The notes beneath the pieces were generated by a model. That model ran no database searches and had not been told where the DNA came from. It saw nothing but the letters and a program-made list of their open reading frames with translations. Position numbers and translations under genes: made by a program. From Candidatus Gottesmanbacteria bacterium (GTDB lineage: Bacteria; Patescibacteriota; Microgenomatia; UBA10105; UBA927): a stretch of DNA of 64,000 bases. The first letter of the stretch is position 1. The number at the start of each line of letters is the position of its first letter. Below are positions 28,001 to 36,483 of the stretch, piece after piece. The DNA is taken from NCBI GenBank assembly GCA_023245355.1, contig JAHFKN010000001.1, positions 203,528-267,527 on the forward strand, given 5' to 3'.

Positions 28001-29385
28001 ATATCGAATCATCAAAAGGGCTCGCTGTCGCTTCTGAACAACTTTTCACCCCTGAGTGGATGAATCGAGCAAAAATTGTCGTCAATCCCTTTCAGCTCAT
28101 CAGTACCTTTTCAGAAGCAATAGAACTGGCTCCCCGATTGGGGGTTTATAAAAAAGGAATTGCTCAAGGAGCTACTCGACTTGAAGCAGCTTACGAAGCA
28201 CGCAATGTGACGGTTGATTTTGCAAAGGCTGGAATTGAAGGTCGACTGATTAATATGTGGATTCCCTTTGTGAATGCTCGTTGGCAAGGACTTCTGACCA
28301 TTGGCAAAGTGATGAAGGAAAATCCATTTAGAACGACGGTGCGAGCTTTGGCCTTGACGGTCCTGCCTGGTGTAGCTACTTATTTTTATAACGTCATGAA
28401 CCATGAAGATCTTTGGGACGATATCCCCCAATGGGCCAAAGATACATATTTTATTGTGATTGTAGGTGAAGGCCAAGATAGCCAAGGAAATCGGGTGCCG
28501 AAAGTAGTTCAAATCCCTAAAGGTGATATGGGGACTATATTTTTCAACCCGTTAATGTATGCCTTGGAATACGTGCGAAAACAGGAGCCAACTAACCTCT
28601 TTAAGTTAGGACTCGAGTGGATGAGCCAATTGTCACCGGTCTCGTTTACCAGAGATGGAGAATTATCAGCTCAGTCTTTCCTTGGGAGCGCACTACCTCC
28701 AGCGTTAAAAGTGCCATTGGAGCTGGCGACAAACACTAATCTTTTCACCGGATTCCCAATTGTGCCTCAGCGCTTAGAGAAAGTGACACCAACTGAGCAA
28801 TATGATGAGAAAACACCACAAATAGCAGTTACGGCCGGTCGAGCTTTGGGCATCAGTCCGATGAAGCTGACCCATGCAATTTCAGGATTAGCCGGAAGTT
28901 TTTCTCGTCAAGTAATGAACCCCGCCGACATTATCAATTTAACGACACAGCGCTTTTATCGGCTTCAGGGTGGGCAAAAACAACAGGCAGCCTGGGATAT
29001 TAAGTATGACGCTGAAGTGGGCTACAACACCACGAGGCTGCAGATGAAACGGCTGATCGAGCAGGGTCAGCTTCAGCAAGCCCAACAGATGGCGCTCAAA
29101 TGGAATCAGGAGGCCGAGAAACTCATTTCCCAGATAGTTCCACTCCTAATGAAAGATGACCCCAAGGAAGCGGCTTCATTTCAAAGTAGCATCACTTTTG
29201 ATGCTGCAGATTTGCAGCGACTCCTGAAGACAACGCTTCCTGGTGGTGTACCACAAAATGCTGGAACTGATCAAACACTAATTCCCCTTCAGCCTGGACT
29301 TAATACTAATTCGACCATGGGACAACTATTCCAGGGTGGTCAACAAAATAGTGGCGACGCTATAAGGAGGTTAATTTACAAATGA
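25099..29385 (+). CDS. Large internal virion/ejection protein with LPD38-like domain
   Basis: RNVTVDFAKAG, WIPFVNARWQG, WDDIPQWAKDTYFIV...QIPKG, ELATNTNLFTGFPIVP. Confidence 0.7.
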   Translation: MIMDNFLEQLKKNITSSFANTKQSVGDIFGKAQTSLTNLVRGGQQKVDEVIKPLQYDIAIPGPTSGSYKPFKNLYLETAAQALGVGARDTDVLERLPSATFGALKGAGNGLGEALSFGWWKPEIKYADDIEKQAGDMTEVEFNVLGTIGTFLVGGELVQGALRGVPLLARVATVAPRTFNVLSTGLTFAGLTQIQKDEAQKNAAQRAKDFVGDFALGGAFSIAGMKTSFLKSSAIIGPATYVTSLLKGESNGDALKDTTAMMGLHSLNFAVAKFLPNGSEIENRIEKAASEQLKITKAEAMEYLGISDKATAEEMKQAWKNKVVDITKRFPAQANQTPQEMGVFNQAWNTANRAYEFLAKVSNPEGYTGKSFAQEFQDLYYQLWKDVPDKRSAIVKAVRSLPAGLSVRATLNDGQRNEIVTTLGGEEAKTRLGKVAELTDADLVSVAMENKITVTPSKTTVPETIQLPATEQTAEASAQLKTNLSLQEQKAVKAAEIRDKYITPEEKELADAEKIPSIGDILQSQTFQDRLQGKVTAPTTPRADQLRELPPGKPPRPPQEVSLDGAPPSPEGSALDEIDKMVGKISTAKSILGNIKNAIETFPRMFTDRFAPIKNFEDQITKLQGQPINIDSSPYVAARMYAGRFGIVEGNFKDLYNILQPVRKLRADFTRFVLSERAIERAERGFDNPNGVTKETAEQALVELKDKVGDKAFKAFEQVGQGIQNWSIKSILQPMKDAGILGKEAFTSIVENNKRWMPFHVLEYMPSVEQADQMAVGSETFSVSKQGVIKSLEGTEKIIRDPFMSIIDNLTKSVSLVERNKVAQKLIDLRNSHPDAAKEFIKFLPDGLRPPAEWDAISVFIDGKVTKWAVPKDLSEAMHALSSAETGLMGKMILASSKAFKAGTTSLYFPFTLSNAIRDYQTASIVSKWGFNPANWLSGFKDGLKAAFKFDSKAYDEFMTNKGGYGGYIESSKGLAVASEQLFTPEWMNRAKIVVNPFQLISTFSEAIELAPRLGVYKKGIAQGATRLEAAYEARNVTVDFAKAGIEGRLINMWIPFVNARWQGLLTIGKVMKENPFRTTVRALALTVLPGVATYFYNVMNHEDLWDDIPQWAKDTYFIVIVGEGQDSQGNRVPKVVQIPKGDMGTIFFNPLMYALEYVRKQEPTNLFKLGLEWMSQLSPVSFTRDGELSAQSFLGSALPPALKVPLELATNTNLFTGFPIVPQRLEKVTPTEQYDEKTPQIAVTAGRALGISPMKLTHAISGLAGSFSRQVMNPADIINLTTQRFYRLQGGQKQQAAWDIKYDAEVGYNTTRLQMKRLIEQGQLQQAQQMALKWNQEAEKLISQIVPLLMKDDPKEAASFQSSITFDAADLQRLLKTTLPGGVPQNAGTDQTLIPLQPGLNTNSTMGQLFQGGQQNSGDAIRRLIYK

Positions 29386-30485
29386 AACAACTAACACTAC
29401 CGATTATTTTTAGTCAAAATGATAGCCGATGGAAAAATAGTCCTCTGGGAACCAGAGGCACAATTGGCTTATATGGCTGCCTGGAGAATGATGCCACGAT
29501 GGTGACCAATTATTACGGCTTCCAGGAAACGCCGCTCACCTTAAATGAGAAGCTAACCAACAATGCTGGATATCAGGATGGGAATAAATTTGTCTGGAGC
29601 GTCTTTGCTCGATTATTCGGTCTTAAGTATTCTGGCCAATGGTCCAATACCGGAGCGTTGACCCAAGCCCAAATGGACCAGATCCGAAAAGCTATTGATG
29701 GTGGTTACCCGGTGTTTCTCCAAATCGACACGATTCCAGCCACTTCAGCTCTGGATGAACATTGGATCCTGGCTATTGGGTATGAAGGTGATGACTTTCT
29801 TATTCAAGATCCATGGGACGGAGCGACTAAACGAATCACCAGCTGGGGTGTGACTGCTCAGAAGCTAATTTACGCCTGGTGTTGGTTTGAAGGAAAGCCA
29901 GTCAAAGTAGAGGTAGCCGATGGCTGTCTTGTTCCTAACACTCCGGAATGGCGTACGAAGTACGAACAAATCGTCGCATCAGCCACTAAGTGGGCAGATA
30001 CCCTCAAGATTTTAGAGATAACCGATGACCCCAACGCTACCCCTACAGACAAAATTAAAAGCACTATGGCAGGGTATAAAAGTCGCGAAACCGACCTATC
30101 TAACAAGCTAAATGATAAACAGGGATTGCTTGATAATGCCAACAAGGAGATTGAGAACCGAACCGAGCAAGTAAGCAGACTCGATGGCGATCTGCTAGAG
30201 AAGGATAAATACTATAAATCACTGGTTGACGCACTAAATAAGCAAGTCAAAAACGGCTCAGATGCCCTACCCTTGGCACAGGCTAGGGTTGGGGTGCTTG
30301 AGGGGGAACTGGATGAAGCCAATAAAGCTAAGGGTCGTGCCTTGCTAGAGGCTCAACAGAACAAAAGCCAATTGGAAGCCTGCCAAAAAGGAACCATTGC
30401 TCCTACACCCCAATTAATTCTCAAGTTGACTATCCAATACATTACAAATTTAGTAACCAAAAAAGGAGGTGAGAACAATGGATAA
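29382..30485 (+). CDS. Peptidase C39-like endolysin with C-terminal coiled coil
   Basis: SQNDSRW...TIGLYGC...HWILAIG...IQDPW (Q/C/H/D catalytic set); adjacent to holin. Confidence 0.75.
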   Translation: MKQLTLPIIFSQNDSRWKNSPLGTRGTIGLYGCLENDATMVTNYYGFQETPLTLNEKLTNNAGYQDGNKFVWSVFARLFGLKYSGQWSNTGALTQAQMDQIRKAIDGGYPVFLQIDTIPATSALDEHWILAIGYEGDDFLIQDPWDGATKRITSWGVTAQKLIYAWCWFEGKPVKVEVADGCLVPNTPEWRTKYEQIVASATKWADTLKILEITDDPNATPTDKIKSTMAGYKSRETDLSNKLNDKQGLLDNANKEIENRTEQVSRLDGDLLEKDKYYKSLVDALNKQVKNGSDALPLAQARVGVLEGELDEANKAKGRALLEAQQNKSQLEACQKGTIAPTPQLILKLTIQYITNLVTKKGGENNG

Positions 30486-30741
30486 TATATATCCCGAATG
30501 GAAGAAGGTCGCATGGAGATTTCTGCGAGTCTTTATTTCAGCCTTTTTATTTACCGGATCGATGGTGTTAATCAATGCCCAACCAGAAATGTTGAGTAGT
30601 TGGAATAAATTTCTCAACACACTTGTCCTGCCATTTTTAATGGCTGGTGGAGTGGCGGGAATTAACTCAGTCGGCAAACTATTGCGTGACCTATTTGGTA
30701 CACAAGACAAAACCGGATTAATTGACAAATTGCCATTCTAA
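30478..30741 (+). CDS. Putative holin
   Basis: 87 aa, two TM segments, charged C-terminus, follows endolysin. Confidence 0.6.
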   Translation: MDNIYPEWKKVAWRFLRVFISAFLFTGSMVLINAQPEMLSSWNKFLNTLVLPFLMAGGVAGINSVGKLLRDLFGTQDKTGLIDKLPF

Positions 30742-30746
30742 ATACT

Positions 30747-30995
30747 ATGAACAATAACCAATCCACCGACACAAATATGGGTGAACGAATCGCTAAACTC
30801 GAAGAACGAGTGGACGGTGGATTGGGTTATATTAATAAGGAATTGGTGGAAATAAAAGAGAACCATCTCTATCACCTGCAAATTGATGTAACCGATTTGA
30901 AAATGAAGGTTAATACCCTAACAGTGAAAGTGAGTGTTGGAGTAGCAATCGCGACAATTTTAGTCGATTTGGTTTTTCGCTATCTGCTCAAATAA
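30747..30995 (+). CDS. Small coiled-coil protein with C-terminal TM (XhlA-like lysis accessory)
   Basis: ERIAKLEE coiled coil plus terminal hydrophobic helix. Confidence 0.55.
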   Translation: MNNNQSTDTNMGERIAKLEERVDGGLGYINKELVEIKENHLYHLQIDVTDLKMKVNTLTVKVSVGVAIATILVDLVFRYLLK

Positions 30996-30996
30996 G

Positions 30997-31260
30997 CTAC
31001 TTATCCTTTTTCTTATTAAGATCGGTTCCGAGAAGATTATGTAGGTCTTTGGTAAAACCCTCAAAAGCGTTAGCGTTTAAGACGGTAAAATATGTGGATC
31101 CGGGAACGCCAGTAAAGACCAAGGTATCACCAGGCTGAATGTTCTGGGCTTTTCTCAGTTTGGCAGGAATAACTAACTGACCGCGTGAACTCACCGGCGA
31201 GGTGCCGAAAACAACGGTCTTAGCTGACTTTTTATCTTTAGGCTTACTTTTATCGTTCAT
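30997..31260 (-). CDS. AbrB/MazE/SpoVT family DNA-binding protein
   Basis: VSSRGQLVIPAKLRKAQNIQPGDTL. Confidence 0.88.
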   Translation of the reverse strand: MNDKSKPKDKKSAKTVVFGTSPVSSRGQLVIPAKLRKAQNIQPGDTLVFTGVPGSTYFTVLNANAFEGFTKDLHNLLGTDLNKKKDK

Positions 31261-31576
31261 AGTTGAAATCAACTTGCTTTGAGACAGTAAAGCAATTCCC
31301 TATAATTAAGAATAATCTTTAATTACAGTAGTCGTATTATACAATAAATAGGTCTTGAGAAGAACGAAAGTTGGAAAATGACAGAAAGATACAATACCAA
31401 CCTTGTGTTGACAGGGGGTTACGAAGTAAAATACTAGTTGTGGTTATTGAGGGAGAGCAAAAGAATCAATACCCATATGTTCTTTAAGAGCTGAAAACTG
31501 TAACTGAAGATCTGGTGTGATATAGTTGACCAGGCTAAATAGGTCCGAGCCAATTACGGTTACCAGCTCCAAAAAC

Positions 31577-31600
31577 AGACCCCATTCGGGGTCTTTTTTT
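31577..31600 (+). terminator. Intrinsic terminator at the prophage/host junction
   Basis: AGACCCC-ATTC-GGGGTCT followed by a T tract. Confidence 0.75.
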
Positions 31601-31646
31601 GACTTATATTCCCTTCGCCCGCTCACTTTTGCTACACTGATTCTAT

Positions 31647-32591
31647 ATGCTCCAGCATATCCTGCTTTATATCGTATCGTTTGTCGGCATATGGATCGGT
31701 GCGGGGCTTGCGATATCCTCTGTCGAAAAACTTTCCCACCGGCTGCGCCTTTCTTCTTTTATCGTTTCGTTTCTCGTGCTGGGCTTTTTTACGTCTATCA
31801 GCGAATTTTCCGTAGGCATCAATGCGGTCCTCGATAACGACCCGGAAATATTTGTCGGAAATTTAATCGGCGCTTCTATCGTGCTGTTTATGCTGGTCAT
31901 TCCCTTACTGGCCATAACCGGCAAACAAATCCACATAAGCAAGGAGCTACGGGGCATCAATCTGGTATTGCCGCTTATCGTCGTAGCCGTTCCTGTCCTG
32001 CTATCGCTGGACGGTGTTGTCAGCCGGATTGATGCGGCAATATCGCTCATTCTGTATGGCATCTCTGCGTTTATCATCGAACAAAAACGCGGGTTTACCA
32101 GCAATCCTGCGCTGCTCAAACAGTTCGCGAAAGCGTCGGTCGGCCTAGAGTTCGGAAAAATTATTGCCGGTATCGGTGTAATTTTCGCTTCCAGTCATTT
32201 GGTCGTTACGGAAACGCTGTATTTTTCCGGCGCATTCGGACTTTCACCGTTTCTCATCAGCCTGCTGCTGGTTGCTATCGGCACGAACCTGCCGGAGTTG
32301 TCTTTTATCTTCCGGTCGTTATTTATGAAAAGCAATCAGGTGGCATTCGGGGATTATCTGGGGTCTGCCGCATTCAATACGTTCCTGTACGGGTTTCTGA
32401 CGCTATTTTACGGGCGGACAATTCTACTGACCAACAGTTATGTCGTGAGTCTTACGTTTCTTATCGTCGGACTTATACTGTTTTATATTTTTGCCCGAAG
32501 CAAACACACGATTTCCAAAAGCGAAGCGGCCGGATTATTTGCTATCTACGTCCTTTTCCTCTTTACCGAGTATTATCTGCACAAAGGCTAA
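31647..32591 (+). CDS. Ca2+/Na+ antiporter (YrbG family)
   Basis: GFFTSISEF and AIGTNLPEL alpha repeats; about 10 TM helices. Confidence 0.88.
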   Translation: MLQHILLYIVSFVGIWIGAGLAISSVEKLSHRLRLSSFIVSFLVLGFFTSISEFSVGINAVLDNDPEIFVGNLIGASIVLFMLVIPLLAITGKQIHISKELRGINLVLPLIVVAVPVLLSLDGVVSRIDAAISLILYGISAFIIEQKRGFTSNPALLKQFAKASVGLEFGKIIAGIGVIFASSHLVVTETLYFSGAFGLSPFLISLLLVAIGTNLPELSFIFRSLFMKSNQVAFGDYLGSAAFNTFLYGFLTLFYGRTILLTNSYVVSLTFLIVGLILFYIFARSKHTISKSEAAGLFAIYVLFLFTEYYLHKG

Positions 32592-32599
32592 TGGACGGA

Positions 32600-33598
32600 T
32601 TAATTGAGGAACGTGCGGATATTCTCAAGATGCTCTTCGTACGTTTTTGCACAGTGAATCTCCCGGTCAGAAGAATGCAGGTAAAAAATACAATCGGTTT
32701 CCTCGGGGTGTAACACCGCTTTTATGGCAGCCAGCCCCGGATTACTGATAGGCCCCGGAGGCAAACCTTTGTTCCGGTACGTGTTGTACGGCGACTCCAG
32801 ATACTTATCGGCAGGAACGACTCTGCCCCACCACCCGTCATCGCTGTTTCCTTTGATGTACTGAAGCGTCGCGTCGATCTCGAGCCGCATGTCTTTATCC
32901 AGCCGGTTCCAGATGATGCCGGCAATCAGCGCTTTATCACTGTCGCCCCCGGATTCGCGCTCGATAAGCGACGCGATTTTTATGGCGGTCGTCCATTTGA
33001 TATTTTTGGCGGTGAAAGCATCGATGTACGGAGCGAGTACTTCATTAAAATGATCGGTAAACCGTTTTGCTACCGCACGAACCGGTTCATCGGACGGCAA
33101 CAGATACGTATCGGGGAAATACACTCCCTCGTGGTACTCTTGGGAATCGTTGTTATACGCATTCCATTCCTGTTCCTGAACAGGCGTCCATCCGAGCATT
33201 GTTCCCAAGTGTTCGCCGATCTGCTCTTTCCGAAGTCCTTCACGCACACTCACCCAGACAAATTGGGGCGGACTGGTCAGTTTTTTTACCAGTGCCCATG
33301 CACTCATCGAACGGTTGAGACGATACCCGCCCGGTGCTACTGTTTTTCCTGAACCGAAAACCGACATAAACCACGAAAATGCATGTTGATTCCGGATAAG
33401 ATGTTTTGAAAACAGATCCTGCGGCGCGTCATAGCCGGAAGTTCCCTGCGGAACGACAACGATCACTTCAGACGCATCGTTTGAGACCGGCCCCAACACC
33501 TGCCACATCAGGGTACTTATACCCGTAAGCGACACTACAAATACCAGAAAAAATACTATGAAATGTTTCATTCTGTGAGCGCTGCTCTGCTCACCCAT
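32600..33598 (-). CDS. mltG: Endolytic transglycosylase MltG
   Basis: EGVYFPDTY, ASLIERE, LEIDATLQY, SPYNTY...GLPPGPISNPG. Confidence 0.93.
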   Translation of the reverse strand: MGEQSSAHRMKHFIVFFLVFVVSLTGISTLMWQVLGPVSNDASEVIVVVPQGTSGYDAPQDLFSKHLIRNQHAFSWFMSVFGSGKTVAPGGYRLNRSMSAWALVKKLTSPPQFVWVSVREGLRKEQIGEHLGTMLGWTPVQEQEWNAYNNDSQEYHEGVYFPDTYLLPSDEPVRAVAKRFTDHFNEVLAPYIDAFTAKNIKWTTAIKIASLIERESGGDSDKALIAGIIWNRLDKDMRLEIDATLQYIKGNSDDGWWGRVVPADKYLESPYNTYRNKGLPPGPISNPGLAAIKAVLHPEETDCIFYLHSSDREIHCAKTYEEHLENIRTFLN

Positions 33599-33612
33599 GA
33601 TACAATCTATGC

Positions 33613-34488
33613 ATGGAAAACTCTATAACACTGCTTGCTCCCTCCGACTGGAAAGACTATGAACTGATCGACTGCGGCGACGGCGCGAAACTGGAACGGT
33701 TCGGCTCCTACATCATTTCCCGTCCTGACCCGCGTGCCGTCTGGCAGCGCCTCGCCCCTCCGGATGTCTGGAATCATGTGCATGCGGCATTTGTACGCAC
33801 TACGAAAGACGAGGGTCATTGGCAGGTCCAGACGCCGCCCCCTGCTGACTGGTCCGTGCGCTATAAAGATATGGTATTTACGCTCAAACCGACGTCGTTT
33901 AAACACGTAGGCGTATTTCCTGAACAGGCGGTAAACTGGAAATGGATGCGCGATGCGATCGCCGGCTCAAAAAGTAACGTACTAAATTTATTCGCATACA
34001 CCGGCGGGGCCTCTATGGCCGCTGCTCTCGAAGGCGCGTTAGTCACGCATGTGGACTCCTCCAGAGGTACCGTGGACTGGGCCAAAAAAAATGCAGCAGC
34101 TTCCGGACTCTCTGACAAATCCATACGATGGATTATTGATGACGCCTATAAATTCGCGCTTCGGGAAGCCCGGCGCGGCAATACATATGACGGCATCATC
34201 CTGGATCCCCCGCGGTTCGGCCGGGGAACCAAAGGCGAAATCTGGAAAATAGAGGAGGACCTGCCTAAACTACTGGCCGTCGTCCGTTCTCTTCTTTCCC
34301 CCAGGCCCCGCTTTATCCTCATTAACGCGTACACCGCGGATCTTTCCGGCTTGGTCATAGCCAACCTGTTAAGTGACCTCACGCGCGAACTGGGCGGCCG
34401 TATCACAAGCGGAGAATTGGCGCTTCAGGCGACTGCCGGAGACCGCCTCCTGCCGAACGGAATTTTTGCGCGGTGGTCGGCTTCCTGA
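33613..34488 (+). CDS. Class I SAM-dependent methyltransferase (RlmI/RlmK-like)
   Basis: HVGVFPEQ, LNLFAYTGG, IILDPPRFG. Confidence 0.88.
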   Translation: MENSITLLAPSDWKDYELIDCGDGAKLERFGSYIISRPDPRAVWQRLAPPDVWNHVHAAFVRTTKDEGHWQVQTPPPADWSVRYKDMVFTLKPTSFKHVGVFPEQAVNWKWMRDAIAGSKSNVLNLFAYTGGASMAAALEGALVTHVDSSRGTVDWAKKNAAASGLSDKSIRWIIDDAYKFALREARRGNTYDGIILDPPRFGRGTKGEIWKIEEDLPKLLAVVRSLLSPRPRFILINAYTADLSGLVIANLLSDLTRELGGRITSGELALQATAGDRLLPNGIFARWSAS

Positions 34489-34530
34489 GGCCCGGATAAT
34501 TTGATACAATACGTCCGTATAAAGAGTCGC

Positions 34531-34604
34531 GCCTCCTTAGCTCAACGGCAGAGCAGCGGTATCGTAAACCGTAGATGTCAGTCCAATTCTGACAGGGGGC
34601 TCCA
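34531..34604 (+). tRNA. tRNA-Thr(CGT), atypical T loop
   Basis: GCCTCCT/AGGGGGC acceptor, GCTC/GAGC D stem, GCGGT-ATCGTAA-ACCGT anticodon arm, GTCAG-TCCAATT-CTGAC T arm, TCCA end. Confidence 0.8.
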
Positions 34605-35314
34605 TGGTAGTATCCCGTCTCCGCAGATTTGAAGAAAAAAACGCGTCGCGCAGAATTGCGGTAGCTTTCATCGGCACCGTCGCACTACTGGTATTCTTTG
34701 CGCTCTTCGGACTCCGAATCCTTATCGGCTTCAGCCTGCTTATCGACCGTATACGCGGCGGATCAGCCGCGTTGCCGCAGCAGCAGGCAGTTATTCTCCC
34801 CCCGATCCTTGACCCGCTGCCGGAAGCGACCAACAGCGCAACATTGGACGTCCGCGGGAAAGCGGCTGCGAAAATGCAGCTTATTCTCTACGTGAATGAC
34901 AGCGAATACAAAAAACTGACCGTTGCCGACGACGGAACATTTGAAAACAAGGGTATTCCCGTCCAGGAAGGCACGACCACCATCAGCGCAAAAGCCGCCG
35001 ATGATAAAAACAACATAAGCGACCTTTCCAACGTGTTAACCACCGTTGTCGACCGCACCGCTCCCAAACTGGTTATAGATGCCCCTGCTGATAACGCGAC
35101 GATCAATGACGGAACGCACAAAGCAACCGTAAGCGGTATGACGGATGAAGATATGAAAGTTACCATTAACGGCCGTATCGTTGTGGTAAAGTCAGACGGA
35201 TCATTTACGTACAGCATGCCGTTAAACGACGGGGAAAACAAACTGACGATTATCGCCCACGATGCAGCGGGCAACGAAACCAAAGCCGAACGCAAAGTTA
35301 CTTACCAGCCTTAA
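34604..35314 (+). CDS. Membrane-anchored protein with two Ig-like domains
   Basis: N-terminal TM; DRTAPKL..., LNDGENKLTIIAHDAAGN. Confidence 0.75.
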   Translation: MVVSRLRRFEEKNASRRIAVAFIGTVALLVFFALFGLRILIGFSLLIDRIRGGSAALPQQQAVILPPILDPLPEATNSATLDVRGKAAAKMQLILYVNDSEYKKLTVADDGTFENKGIPVQEGTTTISAKAADDKNNISDLSNVLTTVVDRTAPKLVIDAPADNATINDGTHKATVSGMTDEDMKVTINGRIVVVKSDGSFTYSMPLNDGENKLTIIAHDAAGNETKAERKVTYQP

Positions 35315-36482
35315 TATACCGTTCCATCGCTCCGAATCCCACCCACATCCACACCATAACCCACGGATAAAATAAACTGTTGATAAACAAACTGTGGACC
35401 AATAGTGCAGCAAATGACGCCAGATACCCGGCTGCCACAGTGCGCACGCCGGGTTTACCGTTGATACCGGCAATTCCCGGACGGAGAAAAGAAATAAGCA
35501 GCCAGCCGTATATGACAATTCCTATAATTCCCGTGGTCGCCCCGACAAATAACAGGCTGGTATCGAGTCCGTTTCCTGCACGCGAAGGCGCTGTCCGCTC
35601 GTCTATCCAACTGCGTTCCGTCGCGATAAACCGCAGAATATTAAACCCGTGTCCCATGATCGGTTTCTCACGGATAAGCCCCAGTGCCCGCTCCGCATTC
35701 CCCAAACGCGCATAGGAAGAAACCGTGCGGAGGAGATTTTGTCCCTCTCCGGTATGCGGAGCCAGCATCAGCCCGGCCGCCAATAGCACCGTCACACCGA
35801 TAACCAGTGTTACCCGTTTGGTAAGAATACCGAATACGATCAATCCGGCGGCAAACGCCGCGATACTGCTTCTGGAATATGTGAGGATAAGAGAAACGAC
35901 CGCAATTGCCAATCCTGCCAGTTTCCACGCCGCTCCTTTTCCCTTCCCTATGACCGATAGCAGCATAATGGCAGTAATGCCAAGCAGTATACCGGTAAAA
36001 TTCGGGTCCAAAAGTGTGCTGAACAGCCGCTGGTAATGCGGATCCCACCCGAGATAATAGAGGTTACGCAAATCCGGATACCACGCGTACTGCATAAATC
36101 CCACAAGTCCCACTGCAATACCGCTGCCGATAAGCAGGGCCAGCCAGGATGCGGCCGGGATAACCGCGCTTGCCGACACCCAATACAGCGCGGCATATAC
36201 AATCCAACGGAATACATACAGCAATCCTCCGCCGACAACATACGTGGGTACATATCCCCACGTTAAGGAAAGTGAAATAAGCGCGACAGCGGCAAATGAC
36301 AATATCGGCGCCCAGTGCGGCGGGATGAATCTTTTTTTCCGGCTTTCATACGCTCCGTAAAGCAAAACTATGAGCACGGAGATATCCAGAAGCGTTATGC
36401 GGGTGTTTGCAAACAGCGGCAACGAAGTGATTTGCCCGCCGATAAGCCCGAGACCCAATATTGTCAATACAAATAGCTGCAT
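35298..36482 (-). CDS. O-antigen ligase/polymerase family protein
   Basis: RLFSTLLDPN, LTYSRSS, PIMGHGFN, VHSLFINSLFYP. Confidence 0.8.
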   Translation of the reverse strand: MQLFVLTILGLGLIGGQITSLPLFANTRITLLDISVLIVLLYGAYESRKKRFIPPHWAPILSFAAVALISLSLTWGYVPTYVVGGGLLYVFRWIVYAALYWVSASAVIPAASWLALLIGSGIAVGLVGFMQYAWYPDLRNLYYLGWDPHYQRLFSTLLDPNFTGILLGITAIMLLSVIGKGKGAAWKLAGLAIAVVSLILTYSRSSIAAFAAGLIVFGILTKRVTLVIGVTVLLAAGLMLAPHTGEGQNLLRTVSSYARLGNAERALGLIREKPIMGHGFNILRFIATERSWIDERTAPSRAGNGLDTSLLFVGATTGIIGIVIYGWLLISFLRPGIAGINGKPGVRTVAAGYLASFAALLVHSLFINSLFYPWVMVWMWVGFGAMERYIKAGK

Positions 36483-36483
36483 A

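Larger units (their letters stand above)
1..31571 (+). mobile_element. Prophage (podovirus-like late region with two cargo insertions); left end lies outside the window
   Basis: Co-oriented terminase, portal, scaffold, capsid, tail, ejection, endolysin and holin genes. No tape-measure or major tail tube gene seen. Base composition shifts at ~31,600. Confidence 0.92.

Noticed and set aside
31500-31545. GATATAGT resembling a group I intron S element
   Set aside because: No matching R/P7 partner or interrupted gene was found.
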